DNA of 64,000 nt, taken from Felis catus. Its lineage: Eukaryota. Shown piece by piece: positions 1-12,525 of the stretch; positions within the stretch are counted from its first letter, which is position 1; each line of letters starts with the position of its first letter. The DNA lies in assembly GCF_018350175.1 (NCBI RefSeq), contig NC_058368.1, positions 107,262,001 to 107,326,000 of the forward strand, written 5' to 3'. A model generated the notes under the pieces. It was not told where the DNA came from, searched no databases, and saw nothing but the letters and a program-made list of their open reading frames with translations. Both the position numbers and the translations under genes were made by a program.

Positions 1-429
1 ATAAGAAAATCAGAGATTCTGGAGAAAGGTGGGCCTTTAGGGAAAGGAATCCTGGATCAAAGATCTCTATTGCAGCTGTAATTCCAAAACTTTTCTTGTA
101 TAATGTTTTATCTTTTCCTTAGGAAGTCAAACAAGGAGGACTATCACACCCTAGCTATTTTTGAATGGAATATGCCTCAAAAATTATACAAGGTTCGTTA
201 TATGTAATTATCTGTTCTCCAGAGGTAGACAGGAAGGGCGTTCTAGGAACTTTTACAACATTTAAAAATCACATTCATCTACCCATGTGGATAAGAACCA
301 AAATATAATAACCAAAAATCAGCTGTTTTCATAATTACAGCTAATATTGATAATCCTTGTAAGATTCTGAAATCAACTGTATGAAAAGAAAAAGAAAGTA
401 GCCTAAAGAAAAGTCTGGAGGGCCGTACT

Positions 430-510
430 GCATCACTGAGCATATACCTAGTCTGGTATAGCATATGGTGTATATTGGTACTTAATTAGTATTTGTTGAG
501 TGAATGAATG
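430..510 (+). mobile_element. L2 3' end fragment
   Basis: Ends ...tatttgttgagtgaatgaat, typical L2 terminus. Confidence 0.5.
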
Positions 511-1047
511 TTTCACAGTATGGAAGGTGGTTTAAGGTCTTCTAAGAGAGAGGTAAATGAAATTTCCCTCTTAATCTGTGCTTATGGGAGATGCATTTTT
601 CATAAGAATGATGATTAATAATAGGATTAGAAGATTTTGTTTCATGGTGAAAAAACTTTCTGAGGTCAGCGTTTGTTTATTTTTACTTACAAACCCCAAA
701 AGGGTAGACTAGTACATATTAAAATATTAACTGTTAAATCGTGGTCATAAATTTTTAAGGAACTATCTTTTGGGGAGCAATCTTATGTAATATGTATAAA
801 ATGGATCGTTGTAGCCAATTTGGCTACATTTCATAATCATTGGCATAGATAATATAGAGATAATAGAGGCCACATGGGAAATAATCCCTTCATCTGCTTT
901 AGCAGTCAGCAAGAGATAGCTAAAATAGTGATGAATTATAAGATAATGATGTATTAACTCAAGAGCTGATACAGTTCCTGCAGGTTGGACCTGAATCCCT
1001 TTTGTTCAAGTAGAGCAGTGATGAGACTATCAAAAGAAATCTATCCA

Positions 1048-1530
1048 GGGGCATCTGGGTGGCTCAGTCAGTTGGGCATCCAACTTCAGCTCAGGTCATG
1101 ATCTCACAGTTGGTGGGTTCAAGCCCCACGTCAGGCTCTATGCCAATAGCTCAGAGCCTGCTTCCTCCAATAGCCTGGAGCCTGCTTCCGATTCTGTGTC
1201 TCCCCCACTCTCTCTGCCCCTCCCCTGCTCACACTGTGTCTCTGTCTGTCTCTCAAGAATAAATAAAAATGGGGGCGCCTGGGTGGCGCAGTCGGTTAAG
1301 CGTCCGACTTCAGCCAGGTCATGATCTCGCGGTCCGTGAGTTCGAGCCCCACGTCAGGCTCTGGGCTGATGGCTCAGAGCCTGGAGCCTGTTTCTGATTC
1401 TGTGTCTCCCTCTCTCTCTGCCCCTCGCTCGTTCATGCTCTGTCTCTCTCTGTCCCAAAAATAAAATTTAAAAAAAAAATCTTTAAAAAAAAAAGAATAA
1501 ATAAAAATGTTTTAAAAAATTTAAAAAAAG
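1048..1530 (+). mobile_element. Can-SINE (SINEC_Fc-type), host of nested SINE
   Basis: GGGGCA..TGGGTGGCTCAG head, (CT)n, A-tail; TSD aaaagaaatctatcca at 1032-1047 and 1531-1546. Confidence 0.9.
1272..1492 (+). mobile_element. Young SINEC_Fc nested in the tail of the previous SINE
   Basis: CpG-rich near-consensus copy; TSD aagaataaataaaaatg at 1255-1271 and 1493-1509. Confidence 0.92.
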
Positions 1531-2106
1531 AAAAGAAATCTATCCAAAACAGTGTGATTCTTCCAAGGCTAGTAATTGATTGGATCAGAGTTCCCTTAGG
1601 CAAGACACATGGGAAATAACCTTGAAGAGAGAAGTCCAGATAACAGTAATTGATGATGTTTCCCATTTTTTGAGGTTCAGAAGCTCAGAGCAAGCTGTGT
1701 GGGCTCTATCATACTTCAACAGGACACTGAATTCTTTGAGTGAGCTCCTGGTTAGAATAAATATGATAACTTTACATCTTGAAACTGAAACCTAGGTAGC
1801 TGGTACAGCAGAAAGCTGTTAATCATAAGAGATGAGCGTTAACTAACACTTCATTAGAAGATCTAAACAAGATCTAATTATTTTTAGAATAATTGCTGTT
1901 TTACGTTCAAGAGGTTTTCTTCTGTCCTGCTATTGGGAACATGTGGCTGCCCTCTGAGTTATTACAACAGAATATGAAACCATGCAGTTACACTCTGATT
2001 ACTCTGTATTTAAAATATGGCAAAGAATATTCACAATAATCATTAGGGGTGCCATTATAATAGATGTTGACTATTGTGGAGAACTGGAAGCAAACCTAAT
2101 ATTTTT

Positions 2107-2325
2107 TTAAAATTTTTTTCATGTTTATTTTTGAGAAAGAGACGGAGACAAAGAGACAGAGAAAGAGACAGAGTGAGAGTGGGGGAGAGAGAGGGAGACA
2201 CAAAACAGGCTTCAGGCTCTAAGCTGGCAGCACAGAGCCCAACACAGGACTCAAACCCACCAACCATGAGATCATGACCTGAGCTGAAGTTGGACACTTA
2301 ACTGACTGAGCCACCCAGGTGCCCC
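2107..2325 (-). mobile_element. SINEC_Fc-type SINE
   Basis: Reverse consensus ending gagccacccaggtgcccc; TSD aaacctaatattttt 2092-2106 / 2326-2340. Confidence 0.9.
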
Positions 2326-2637
2326 AAACCTAATATTTTTAAGGCTTCTGTCTTACGAGATTTCTTAGTAGTGTGGTTTTAAAACAAATTTTTAGCCAAT
2401 GTGTTTACAGGAGACCTTACCCCAAAACTGCAACTACTTTTCATAAAATTTAGCTATCAAGTCAAGGTCCATGGCGGTTTTTGAAGCATTTTTTAAAATT
2501 GCAATAGTAATGTGGGTTTCACATCACTAGACTAGCAATCAGTATTTTCTGAATTTTATTTAGATCTGGTTCACAGGGCCGATACTTAAAGCCACATATA
2601 GAAGAGATGAGGATCTTATAGTACTTTGAAACTCAAT

Positions 2638-2680
2638 AGATGGATAGATGGACAGATGGATGGATGGATGGATTGACAGA
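2638..2680. repeat. (GGAT)n-type imperfect microsatellite
   Basis: gatggatagatggacagatggatggatggatggattgacagaca. Confidence 0.7.
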
Positions 2681-2925
2681 CAAAGATTTCATTTATTTAA
2701 AACAAATTGTGATTTCATTTGATAGCCATTATTTCACTTGGTGACTCAAACATTTATTCTCTGATGTAAGAATCTTAGTCTTTTGTTTATAATTTTTCTC
2801 TTCCAATTGGAGAATTGAAACCTTGCTTTCCTAAAATGTTGCTTTTAGCTAAAGAGTAAATAAAATATTCCAGTGTGATTAGATTTGAGAAAATACTTTT
2901 CAAGTATGGCATCAAAGTCAATCTG

Positions 2926-3057
2926 TTTTCTTTTCTTTTCTTTTCTTTTCTTTTCTTTTCTTTTCTTTTCTTTTCTTTTCTCTCCTTCCTTCCTTCCTTC
3001 CTTCCTTCCTTCCTTCCTTCCTTCCTTCCTTCCTTCCTTCCTTTCTTCCTTCCTTCC
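2926..3057. repeat. Compound (TTTTC)n(TTCC)n microsatellite
   Basis: Directly visible; pure pyrimidine tract of about 130 nt. Confidence 0.95.
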
Positions 3058-3235
3058 TAGAGAGTGTGCAAGTGAAGCAGGGGATGGGCAGAGGGAGAGG
3101 GAGAAGGAGAATCTTGAGCAGGCTCCACACTCAGTGTTGAGCCCTATACGGGGCTCAATCCTATGACCCCAGGATAATAACTTGAATGGAAATCAAGAGT
3201 CAGACAGTCAACTGACTAAGCCACCCAGGCACCCC
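3058..3235 (-). mobile_element. Older Can-SINE whose tail is the adjacent microsatellite
   Basis: Ends ccacccaggcacccc; TSD aaag(t/c)caatctgtttt 2914-2929 / 3236-3251. Confidence 0.85.
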
Positions 3236-3264
3236 AAAGCCAATCTGTTTTTTAAAGAGTTATT

Positions 3265-3290
3265 GGTAGTGGTGGTGGTGGTGGTGGTGT
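3265..3290. repeat. (GGT)n microsatellite
   Basis: ggtagtggtggtggtggtggtggtgt. Confidence 0.8.
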
Positions 3291-4069
3291 AGGAATTAAT
3301 TGCATAATATCAAGAACTGAATCATCAAAACCTTACTTTTGATACTGTTTCTGAGCAAACATTATCTTGGCTGCTGTTAAATATGTAGGGAGTTCCTAGA
3401 ACATCCGGTCAAGTCCCAAACCTCGACTTTCCAAGGATGGAAAATTGGTGTCCTTCCCCTTAATGGCTGCATTAGTGAGTTTTCTATTGCACTTGGAAGA
3501 GCCGAGCTCCTGGAAATAGGACAAAATCAGATGAAATTTTGTGGGTGGAATTTAAGATTTCCCAACACTCAGAACATAGGAGATGGCAAAAAAGAGACAA
3601 CGGAGCCACAGTTTCAAGAGACAGAAATCATGGACCTGGAACTGGTCCTGCGTTCTTCTCTACAAGTATGGAAATCTATTAAAGCCTAAATACATTTGTT
3701 TTCTGACTAATATGTATTGCTATGATTTCCATGTGTCTGTCTGAAAAAAATAAATCCTTAATTACAATAGCAAAATTCTTTGTAGATAAAAGTGTAGTGG
3801 TTGCTTAGTAGAAGGAGCTAGTACTTTCTTCAGACTGTTTCTTTCCTTCGATCATTGTCACAGCTGGTCTGAGTTCCACCAGGTGAAACAAAAAGGAAGC
3901 CCTCCTCTGGAGTTAGGTAAGTATGAGAATGGTTGTAATAGCAAGATATAATACTAAATCCACTAGGAAAAATAAGTAGAACATGAAGCCAAAAAGTCTG
4001 AAAAGACCCACTGAGGTACCAGAGTTCTAAAGATAGGTCAAATTAATATAAGCTGTTTGAAATCTAAAT

Positions 4070-4420
4070 AGATGAATTCATATAGTATGTGCTGTTTTGT
4101 GTCTAGCTTCTGCCATTTAGCATTACACTTGAATCACCTATGCTGTTCTGTGGAGTTCTAGTTTGTTCATTCTCACCATACATTCTTTCTACTGGTTGAT
4201 TGATATTTGTATCCAACTTGGGGCTATTGCTACTATGAGTAATACATACTATGAAAAGTTGTACACATACCTTTTAGCGAACGTATATACATGTTTTTCA
4301 CATATCAAGGAGTAGAATTAATGGTCACAGAAGATATAGATTATTAGCTGTATTGGATATTCCCAAATAATTTCACAGAGTGGTTAAACCAGTTTTATAC
4401 TTCCACCAATAGCAGATGAA
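4070..4420 (-). mobile_element. Old L1 (L1M-type) 3' fragment
   Basis: Motifs such as tagtatgtgctgttttgtgtctagcttc, ttgggctattgc, ggagtagaatt, ttatacttccaccaatagca typical of antisense L1 3' region. Confidence 0.65.
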
Positions 4421-5657
4421 AATATTACTTTTATATTCAGGAGAACTCCTGTCACAAAATTAACATCAGAGGGGCACTTTCACATTGTTGTCTTCTGTTT
4501 CGAAGTCATTCAATCTAAGGGTGTATAGACATTGAAGGGAGTGATTTGTAGGTTACCTTTGGGTCACTATCTTTAAAGAGTTCCAGATGTATTCATTCTT
4601 TAAAGATATTCTTCCAAGTTTTAAAATTATTCAGAAGTACTTCCATGTTTACTAATGGCAAACCTTTGAATGACTTTGATATGAATAACGGTACTTTATA
4701 TGTATGTTCCAATAATGGAACACAGAAATATCTTTCTAAAACCTGTAAGGGTTTTCACATATTGTTATCTAATGACAGTACTGTTCACATGATACAATTG
4801 AGATCCTGAGCAGTTAAAAAGTAGAAACCTTTGTTTAGAGAAAATCTCTCTACATTAAGTTTTGGCCTGAGATTCAGACGTTCAGGGTGCAAGCTCCTTC
4901 TTCCCACAGGTAGACATTGATCTGTGAACGAGCCTTCGAAGTAAATAAGAATTACGATTGTATTACCTGGGCTTTATTGATTCCAGGTGTTCAGTACCAC
5001 TACTAATTTGCATGATCACTTTATCTTAATTTATATGTTAGTATTCTTTTGAAAAAAAATTAGAGACCAAGTCAGAGAAAGATTAAGTGTCTTACTTAAT
5101 ATTACTGGAAGGTGATATTCCATTCCTCAAGTTTCAGTTAAGATGTGTTTAACTTCTACAACATTGAGGATTTTGACTGCATGTAATGGCACCTCATTAC
5201 AACAGGTTATTACATTAAATGGGACCAATTTTGAGCATGCAAAGAATAAGAACTGCATTTTGGATACAAAGTCTGGTATACCAAGGGTCATATCAATTCC
5301 AAGAACTGGACAGAGTTGCTGCTGTGCAGTTATTAGTAGAAACACCAGCCTCTATGTCCAAGTTTCTTTAGTGAAGTGGAATGTTACAGTAATTTTTTAA
5401 ATGTAAATTATGATTGGAATTTTTGTGCAGTCACTAACGATGCTTACGAACTATTTGAAATAACTAGCTTTAGAAGTATATTATGAAATGATACGTGCCT
5501 TATGATCACAACTATGTATGATATGTAGAAAAAGATTGAAAACACATATAAAAATAGTGACTCGTGATCTTGAAAGCAAGAGTATATTTTGACAACTTTT
5601 TTATACTTCCCAAATTTTGTACATAAGTATTCATTTTTTAAAAATTTTACTCAATTT

Positions 5658-5900
5658 GGGGTGCCTGGGTGGCTCAGTCAGTTAAGCATCTGACTTCAGC
5701 TCAGGTCATGATCTCACAGTTTGTGAGTTCAAGTCCCTCACAGGGCTCTGTGCTGACAGCTCAGAGCCCGGAGTCTGCTTCAGATTCTGTGTCTCCCTCT
5801 CTCTCTGCCCCTGTCCTGCGTGTGCTGTGTCTGTCTCTCAAAAGTAACTAAACAGGAAAAAAAAAAATGAAAAAAAAAAACAAAAAAAAAAAAACCTTTT
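5658..5900 (+). mobile_element. SINEC_Fc-type SINE
   Basis: Consensus head and long A tail; TSD aaaattttactcaattt 5641-5657 / 5901-5917. Confidence 0.92.
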
Positions 5901-5939
5901 AAAATTTTACTCAATTTAAACTAAAAACAAAAAACAAGT

Positions 5940-6192
5940 AACAGTTCACCCATTTCTTCCACTCCCTACCCCATGCCTCTTACAATCACCAATGTGTTCT
6001 GTAGATCTATGGGCATGTTTTTTTGGTGTTTGCTTGTTTGTTTGCTAAGGGGTTCCACATATAAAAGAGATCACACAGTATTTGTCTTTCTTTCTCTGAC
6101 TTATTTCACTTAGCATAATGCCCTCAAGCTTCATCCATGTTGTCACAAATGGCAAGATTTCATTTTTGTAATTGCTGAATAATATTCCATTG

Positions 6193-6248
<56 letters not shown>

Positions 6249-9200
6249 ATCTTCTTTATCCATTTATTTGTCAGTGGACACTTAGGTTGTTTCTGTAAAT
6301 AATGCTGCAATGAATATGTAGGTACATATATCTTTTCAAGTTAGTATTTTTATTTTCTCTAGATAGATACCCAGAAGTGGAGTTGCTGGATTGTATGGTA
6401 TTCTATTTTTAAGTTTTTGAAGAACTTTCATACTGTTTCCCAAAATGGCTGAACCAATTTACTTTCCCACCAACAGTGCACAAGGGTTCCCTTTTCACCA
6501 GATCCTTGCCAATCCTTGTTGTTTCTTATCTTTTTGATAACAGCCATTATAACAGTCGTGAGATGATATCTCATTGTGTTTTTGATTTGCATTTCCCTGA
6601 TGATTAATGAGGTTGAGCATCTTTCCATGTACTAGTTGGCCATCTGCAGTATGTGTTCTTTGGAAAAATGTCTACTCAGATCTTCTTCCCATTTTTTAAT
6701 CAGAGTGTTTTAATTTTTTGCTATTGAGTTGTCTGAGTGCTTTGTTATTTTGGATATTAGCCTCTTATCAGATACGTGATTTACAATTATTTTCTCCTAA
6801 TCAGTAAGTTGCCTTTCTGTTTTATCATTTCCTTTGCTGTGTAGAAGCTTTTTAGTTTGATGCAGTCCCACTTGCTTATTTATGCTTTTGTTGCTTTTGC
6901 TTCTGATGTCAGATTAAGAAAATCATTGCCAAGACCTATGTCAGGGATCTTACTGTTTCTGTTTTCTTCTAGGAAGTTTATGGTTTCAAGTCTTACATTC
7001 AAATCTTTAATTCATTTTGAGTTAGCTTTTGTGTATGTTGTCACTGGTCCTGTTTCATTTTATGACACATGGTTGTCCAATGTTCTTAATGTCATTTATT
7101 GAAAAGACTATTCTTTCCCCATTATGTATTCTTGTCTCCTTTGTCATAAATTAATTATCTGTATATTTCTGGGCTTTCCATTCTGTTCCATTCATCTATG
7201 TGTCTGTTTCCATGCCAGTACCATACTGTTTTAATTAATGTAACTTTGTAGTTTAGTTTGAAGTCAGGGAGCATGATGCCTCCAGCTTAGTTCTTCTTTC
7301 TCCAGATTGCTTTGACTACTTGGGATCTTTTGAAATTCTATACAAGTTTTAGGACTATTTGTTGTAGTTTTGTGAAAAATACCATTGGAGTTTGATAGGT
7401 ATTGCGTTGAATCTATATATTGCTTTGGGTAGTATGGACATTTTAACACTATGAATTCCTCCAATCTTTGGGCACAAAATATCTTTACATTTGTTTGTGT
7501 CTTCTTTAATTTATTAATGTCTTACAGTTTTCTATATATAAGACTTTCATCTCCTTGTCTAAATTTATTCCAAGGTGTTTTATTCTTTTTGATGTAATTA
7601 TAAATCAGATTGTTTTCTTAATTTCTCTTTATGGTAGTTGGTTATTAATGTAAAGAAACAACAGATTTTGTGTATTGATTTTGGATACTTCAACTTTATT
7701 AAATTTGGTTACTAGTATTAACAGTTTGTTGATAGAGTCTTTGGCATTTTCTATAGATTATATCATGTCTTTTGCAAATAGTGGCAACTTTACTTTTTCC
7801 TTTCCAATTTAGATGACACTTATTTTATTGCCTAATTGCTCTGGCTGGAACTTCCAGTGCTATGTGAATAAAAGTTTGAGAGTGGGCATTATTGTCTCGC
7901 TCATGATCTTAAAGGAAAAGGTTTCAACCTTTCCCCGTTAGTATGATGTTAGCTAGGGGCTTGTCATATATGCCCTTTATTATACTGAGGGTATATTCCA
8001 TCTAAACCCACTTTGTTGAGATTTTTATCATAAAAGGATGTTGAATCATCTTGAATCCTGGAATAAATACCACTTGATAATGATGAATGAATCTTTTAAC
8101 ATATTGTTGAATTTGGTTTGCTGATATTTTGTTGAGGATTTTTGCGTTTGTGTGTATCAGGGATACTGATCTGTAATTTTCTTCTTTGTGTGTGTGGCAT
8201 CCTTTTTTGGATCTGGTATCAGAACAATGCTGGCCTCTAAATTGTGCTTGGAAGAGTTACTCTTGTATTTTTAAGAAGAGTTGGAGGATTAGTATTAATT
8301 CCTTGAAGAGATAGTAGAACTCACCAGTGAAGCCTTCTAGTTTCAGACTTTTGTTTGTTGGGAGGTTTTTGATTACCATTCCAATCTCCTTGCTGGTAAT
8401 TGGTCTTTTCATATTTTCTGTTTTATAATGATTCAGTCTTGGTAGGTTGTATACTTATGGGAATGTCCATTTTTTCTATGTTATCCAATTTATTGGAATG
8501 TAATTTTTCATGGTAGTCTCCTGATCCTTTGTATTTGCGTGGTAGCAGTTACAACAACTCCTCTTTCATTTCTGATTTCATTTATTCGAGTTGTCTCTTT
8601 TTCTCTTGGTGAGCCTAGCTAAAGGTTTGTCAGCTTTGTTTATCTTTTCAAAGAACCTGCTCTTACTTTTCTTGATCTTTTCTATTATCTTTTTAGTCCC
8701 TATTTCACTTATTTCAGCTTTTGAGTTAGGCATTGATAGCTACACATTTCTCTCTTAGAACTACTTTTGTTGCATCCCATAAATTTTGGTATGTTCCGTT
8801 TCCATTTTCATTTGTCTCATGGTATCTTTTTTATTTCTAATTTCTTTTTTGACCCACTGGTTGTTCGGTAGCATGTTGCTTTATCTCTACATATGTGAAC
8901 ATTCCAGTTTTCATCATGTAATTAATTACTGATTTCATTCCATTACGGTTAGAAAATGTACTTGATATGATGTTAATTTTCTTAAATGTGTTAAGATTCA
9001 TTTTATGACCAAAACTAGATATATCTTGAAAAATGTCCCATGTACACTTGAAAACAAAATAAGATTCTGTTGCTTTAGATGGAGTATTCTGTAAGTATCT
9101 GTTTAGTCTATCTGCTTTAACACATTGTTTAAGGCCGATGTTTCCTTATTAATATTCTGTCTGTATGACCTGTCCATTGATGTTAGTGATTTCTACTATT

Positions 9201-9420
9201 ATAGTATTGCTATGTTTCCCTTTACATCTATTAATATTTGCTTTATATATTTAGGCACTCCTATGTTGGGCGCATAATACTTACAATGTTATATCCTCTT
9301 GTTAGATTGACCCCTTTATCATTATGTATTGCCCTTCTTTCTCTCTTATTACGGTTTTTGTTTTAAAGTCTATTTTACCTGATATAGGTATAGCTACTCC
9401 AACTTTCTTTTGGCTTTACT
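5940..9420 (-). mobile_element. 5'-truncated LINE-1 (L1MA/L1_Carn-like), degraded ORF2 + 3' UTR
   Basis: Minus-strand ORF remnants: [44 protein letters not shown], and at about 9330-9415 QKKVGVAIPISGKIDFKTKTVIREKEGQYIMIKGSI (endonuclease domain); multiple stops and frameshifts. Confidence 0.95.
6196..6245. repeat. (TA)n microsatellite inside L1
   Basis: About 25 TA units. Confidence 0.95.
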
Positions 9421-10394
9421 ACTTACTACTTTAAGGTAAAAAAATACTAGAAATTATGATGTGCTAGAGAAACCACTGAAAATACTGCTGATAAGCAGAG
9501 AAGTGTTTAGTCAACTGGTATTGATTAATAACAGTAAATACTTGATGATATACTCTTAACAGAATTCTAATGATTATGTGATATTTAGAACTAAGGCAGT
9601 CTCTGAAGGATTACTTTTAGCCATAGTGTTAAGAGCATGGTGACCTTTTATGCTAAGTGTGCTCACTTACAAATAAATTAGGACCTCAGTTAGAATTATA
9701 AACTGCATTAGCACTTACGTTCTTGCTAATGAAAAGCACATTTGAAGTAGCACTGGATCTGCTCCAGTATTAATACCATGGATTTTCCATCTCTTCTGAA
9801 TCCTCAAGGAGGAATAAAACTTGCAGCTATATCGGTTTCTCCTTCTGTGTTTTATGTAACTTTGAGGCTCCATAAAAATATTTCCATGCACCCTAGAGAA
9901 ATAATAAAAGATGTTTTAAAAGAAATCATGTGTTTGTGTGGGTCCCCCCCCCCCACCATTACCTCTAGATCTAGTTGCAACACCACACCAAATTGGTTTC
10001 AGAGCTTGACGACTAATACAGAAATGTTTCACGAGCTCACAATGTCTGGAAAAAAGAAAAAGAAACTGTAGTCCACTGTCATTAAGATGCACACATTTTC
10101 CTGGGTGCCATATTTTAAGTGATATGTGGAATGTGGATGCTGACTCATCATCACCCACCAAGGATGTGCAACTCTTTCAGGCACAGTCTCAGTTTTGTAG
10201 GTAGTTAGATAGGAAAACTCTAATTAACATTATAGTTTCAAGACTGCTGATGGCTGTGTAGGATGTCATCATTCTGAGCATGCTAATACACTGTTGATGA
10301 ACAGTTGTGATGAGTCCTTTATCTGCCTGATGGTTTGTGTGAGACGGAGAACCAACCAAGTAAAGGTCATGAATTTCAGAAAGCAAGTGTTGAC

Positions 10395-10535
10395 ATGTTC
10401 AATTCATTCTTCTTGTATTTACTTAACCTATGGTTATGGAGTACCCCCTTTGTGCCAGGTGCTGATCTCATTGCTGGGGACATGGCTGTGAACAAAACAA
10501 GCAAAATCCATTCCATCACAGAGCTTGTACTGACT
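10395..10535 (-). mobile_element. L2 3' fragment
   Basis: tgtgccaggtgctg...gctggggacatggctgtgaacaaaacaagc...cacagagctt. Confidence 0.6.
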
Positions 10536-10696
10536 TGCATTATCACTGTGGATACATCTCAAAAGCTTTCCATTCCATGAAGACGTGGCTGGGCCAGACA
10601 CTCAGTGTGTGTGATTAGCCCAGCATCTTTGAAAAAATAGTTTTGGAAACATTTGCATCATAATCACTTAGGACACCTTTAAGAAAAATGGGATCA

Positions 10697-10885
10697 GAGG
10701 CACCTGGGTCTCATTTGGCTAAACATCTGACTTGATATGGGCTCAGGTCGTGATCTCACAGTCGTGGGATTGAGCCTCACATTGGGCTCTGTGCTGAGCA
10801 TGGAGCCTGCTGGGGATTCTCTCTCTCCTTCTCCCTCTGCTCCCCTCCCCTCTCAGAATAAAGAAATAAACTCAAAAAAATATAT
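10697..10885 (+). mobile_element. Older Can-SINE
   Basis: gaggcacctgggt...gctcaggtcgtgatctc...gagcctgctggggattctctctc...aataaa. Confidence 0.85.
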
Positions 10886-10904
10886 TAAAACCAATGATCC
10901 AAGA

Positions 10905-11146
10905 AGATAGATCTTATATTAAGTGTTCTTAATGTATGCACATACATGCAAATAATAATAATATGATAATAATAATAATAATGGTGAGGTGATGAGAGGA
11001 AATTCTAGGAGGTAATGGATGATATGTCTGTGGCCTTGATGGTGGTAATGATTTCATGGGTGTGTACTTATCTTCAAACTCACCAAATTGTGTATATTAA
11101 ATGTATACATCTTTTTCCTGTCAACCATACCTCAATTAAGTGGCTC
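10905..11146 (+). mobile_element. L1 3' end fragment (L1MA/MB-like)
   Basis: agatcttatattaagtgttctt...ggccttgatggtggtaatgatttcatgggtgt...tgtcaaccatacctcaat. Confidence 0.7.
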
Positions 11147-11209
11147 CAATTTATTTTAATTTAAAATTTTAGATTTAAATTAAAATTTTAATTTTAAAAT
11201 TTAAAATTT

Positions 11210-11330
11210 CTGATGGCACAGAGCCTGCTTGGAATTCTTTCTCTCTCCTTCTGCCTCTGCCCCTCCCCTGCTTTCTCTCTCTTTCTCTCTCCCCCAAAAT
11301 AAATAAATAAACTTAAAAAATGTTTTTAAA
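11210..11330 (+). mobile_element. 5'-truncated Can-SINE
   Basis: Begins at ctgatggcacagagcctgcttgg, then (CT)n and A tail. Confidence 0.8.
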
Positions 11331-11985
11331 TTAACAAAATACATAAAAACCACTGGTGCAGGCATTTATTTCTAATATTTTTTATGCAGACATAAAGAGA
11401 GAAAAGTATTTGAGGCCAGAGTAATTTGCAAATTTGTGACCATAACCAAACCAAATTTTTGATTTGCCAAGAAAGGTGTGGTCCTCCCATTATAACACTC
11501 TATATTTGGAAAGAAGCAGCTTCACACTGACTACATTAATGATTTCCAGAGCACATATTAAAAATTAAGTAAAATATGTTTAACAGCATGTTTTAATATT
11601 CTAATACATTTCATCATTTTTCTTCTTCCTGTAATTTTTATAGATATTTTTGTGCTGAGTTTTTTTTTTCTTTACTAAAGAGCAATTAAGATTTTTCCTA
11701 TCAGTTCTATGATGGTGAGCAAGAGGGGAGAGTTATTTAAGTTCCTAATCAATGCACTTTTTCTAACATTGGAGGTAAATAAATAATTAAAAATCACAGA
11801 TGGAATACTTACAATTAAAATTACAGATCTAGCAATAGACATAAAACTTTTCTTCAAAAGCAGCAAATAAAAGAATCACAGCTGTTGTTTAAAGCTGTTT
11901 GGGGAAGAAATATGAAGCCAGCTTGATTGATCATATTTAATGCCCTTTGAACATCTGTTAAAATTTCTTCTTTCATTTTTGATAA

Positions 11986-12525
11986 TGTAGGGGAGGAAAA
12001 ATAATTTCCCACCACCCTTCCAGGTTCTTGGCTAAGAACCTCCTATAATAAAAGACAGATTGACAGGAGAAAAATAAACAGAGGTTTAATAACATATATA
12101 CCTCCTGTATACATGGGAGAGACCCAGGAAAACTAACTCCCCACAATGGCCCAAGCCATCACCTTAAATACCATCTCCAGCTGGAGACAAAATAAGATGT
12201 TGGGGGTTGGGGGAAGACCAGTTACAGAAGTTATTAGAAAAGCACAATAAACAAAGGTAAAGTTGTTAGATCTGAGTCATTGCTTTCCCCATTAATGAAT
12301 TTCTAGTGATTTAGTCATCCTTTTTTCTTTTTGCTACAGAGGAGAGACATCCTTACAAATGGAGATTTCCCCTATAAATGTGAACATCCCTTACCAAAAA
12401 AAGAATACATTCTACTTGGTTTTCAGTGCTTTTCCTGTGTCTGCTGTTTCTTAAAAATAATCAGCTCAAGACAGTCCGTATGCCAAAGAACCATATTTTG
12501 GGGTGACAAATTCTGCTCCCCTTCA
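11986..12525 (-). mobile_element. ERV1 solo LTR, MER34-like
   Basis: TG...CA ends with inverted termini tgtagggga / tccccttca; 4-bp near-TSD ataa/gtaa; reverse strand starts tgaaggggagcagaatttgtcaccccaaaatatg like recalled MER34; minus-strand TATA-like (about 12162-12171) and ATTAAA (12085-12090). Confidence 0.8.

Noticed and set aside
810..828. Perfect 9-bp inverted repeat tgtagccaa-t-ttggctaca
   Set aside because: About one such palindrome is expected by chance in 64 kb; half-site order and spacing do not match the NFI consensus TTGGC-N5-GCCAA
2875..3166. ORFs with FFSFL/PSFL/KEGR repeats
   Set aside because: Translations of the microsatellite
6045..7464. L1-like ORFs
   Set aside because: Short broken ORF2 remnants; the element is not coding-competent
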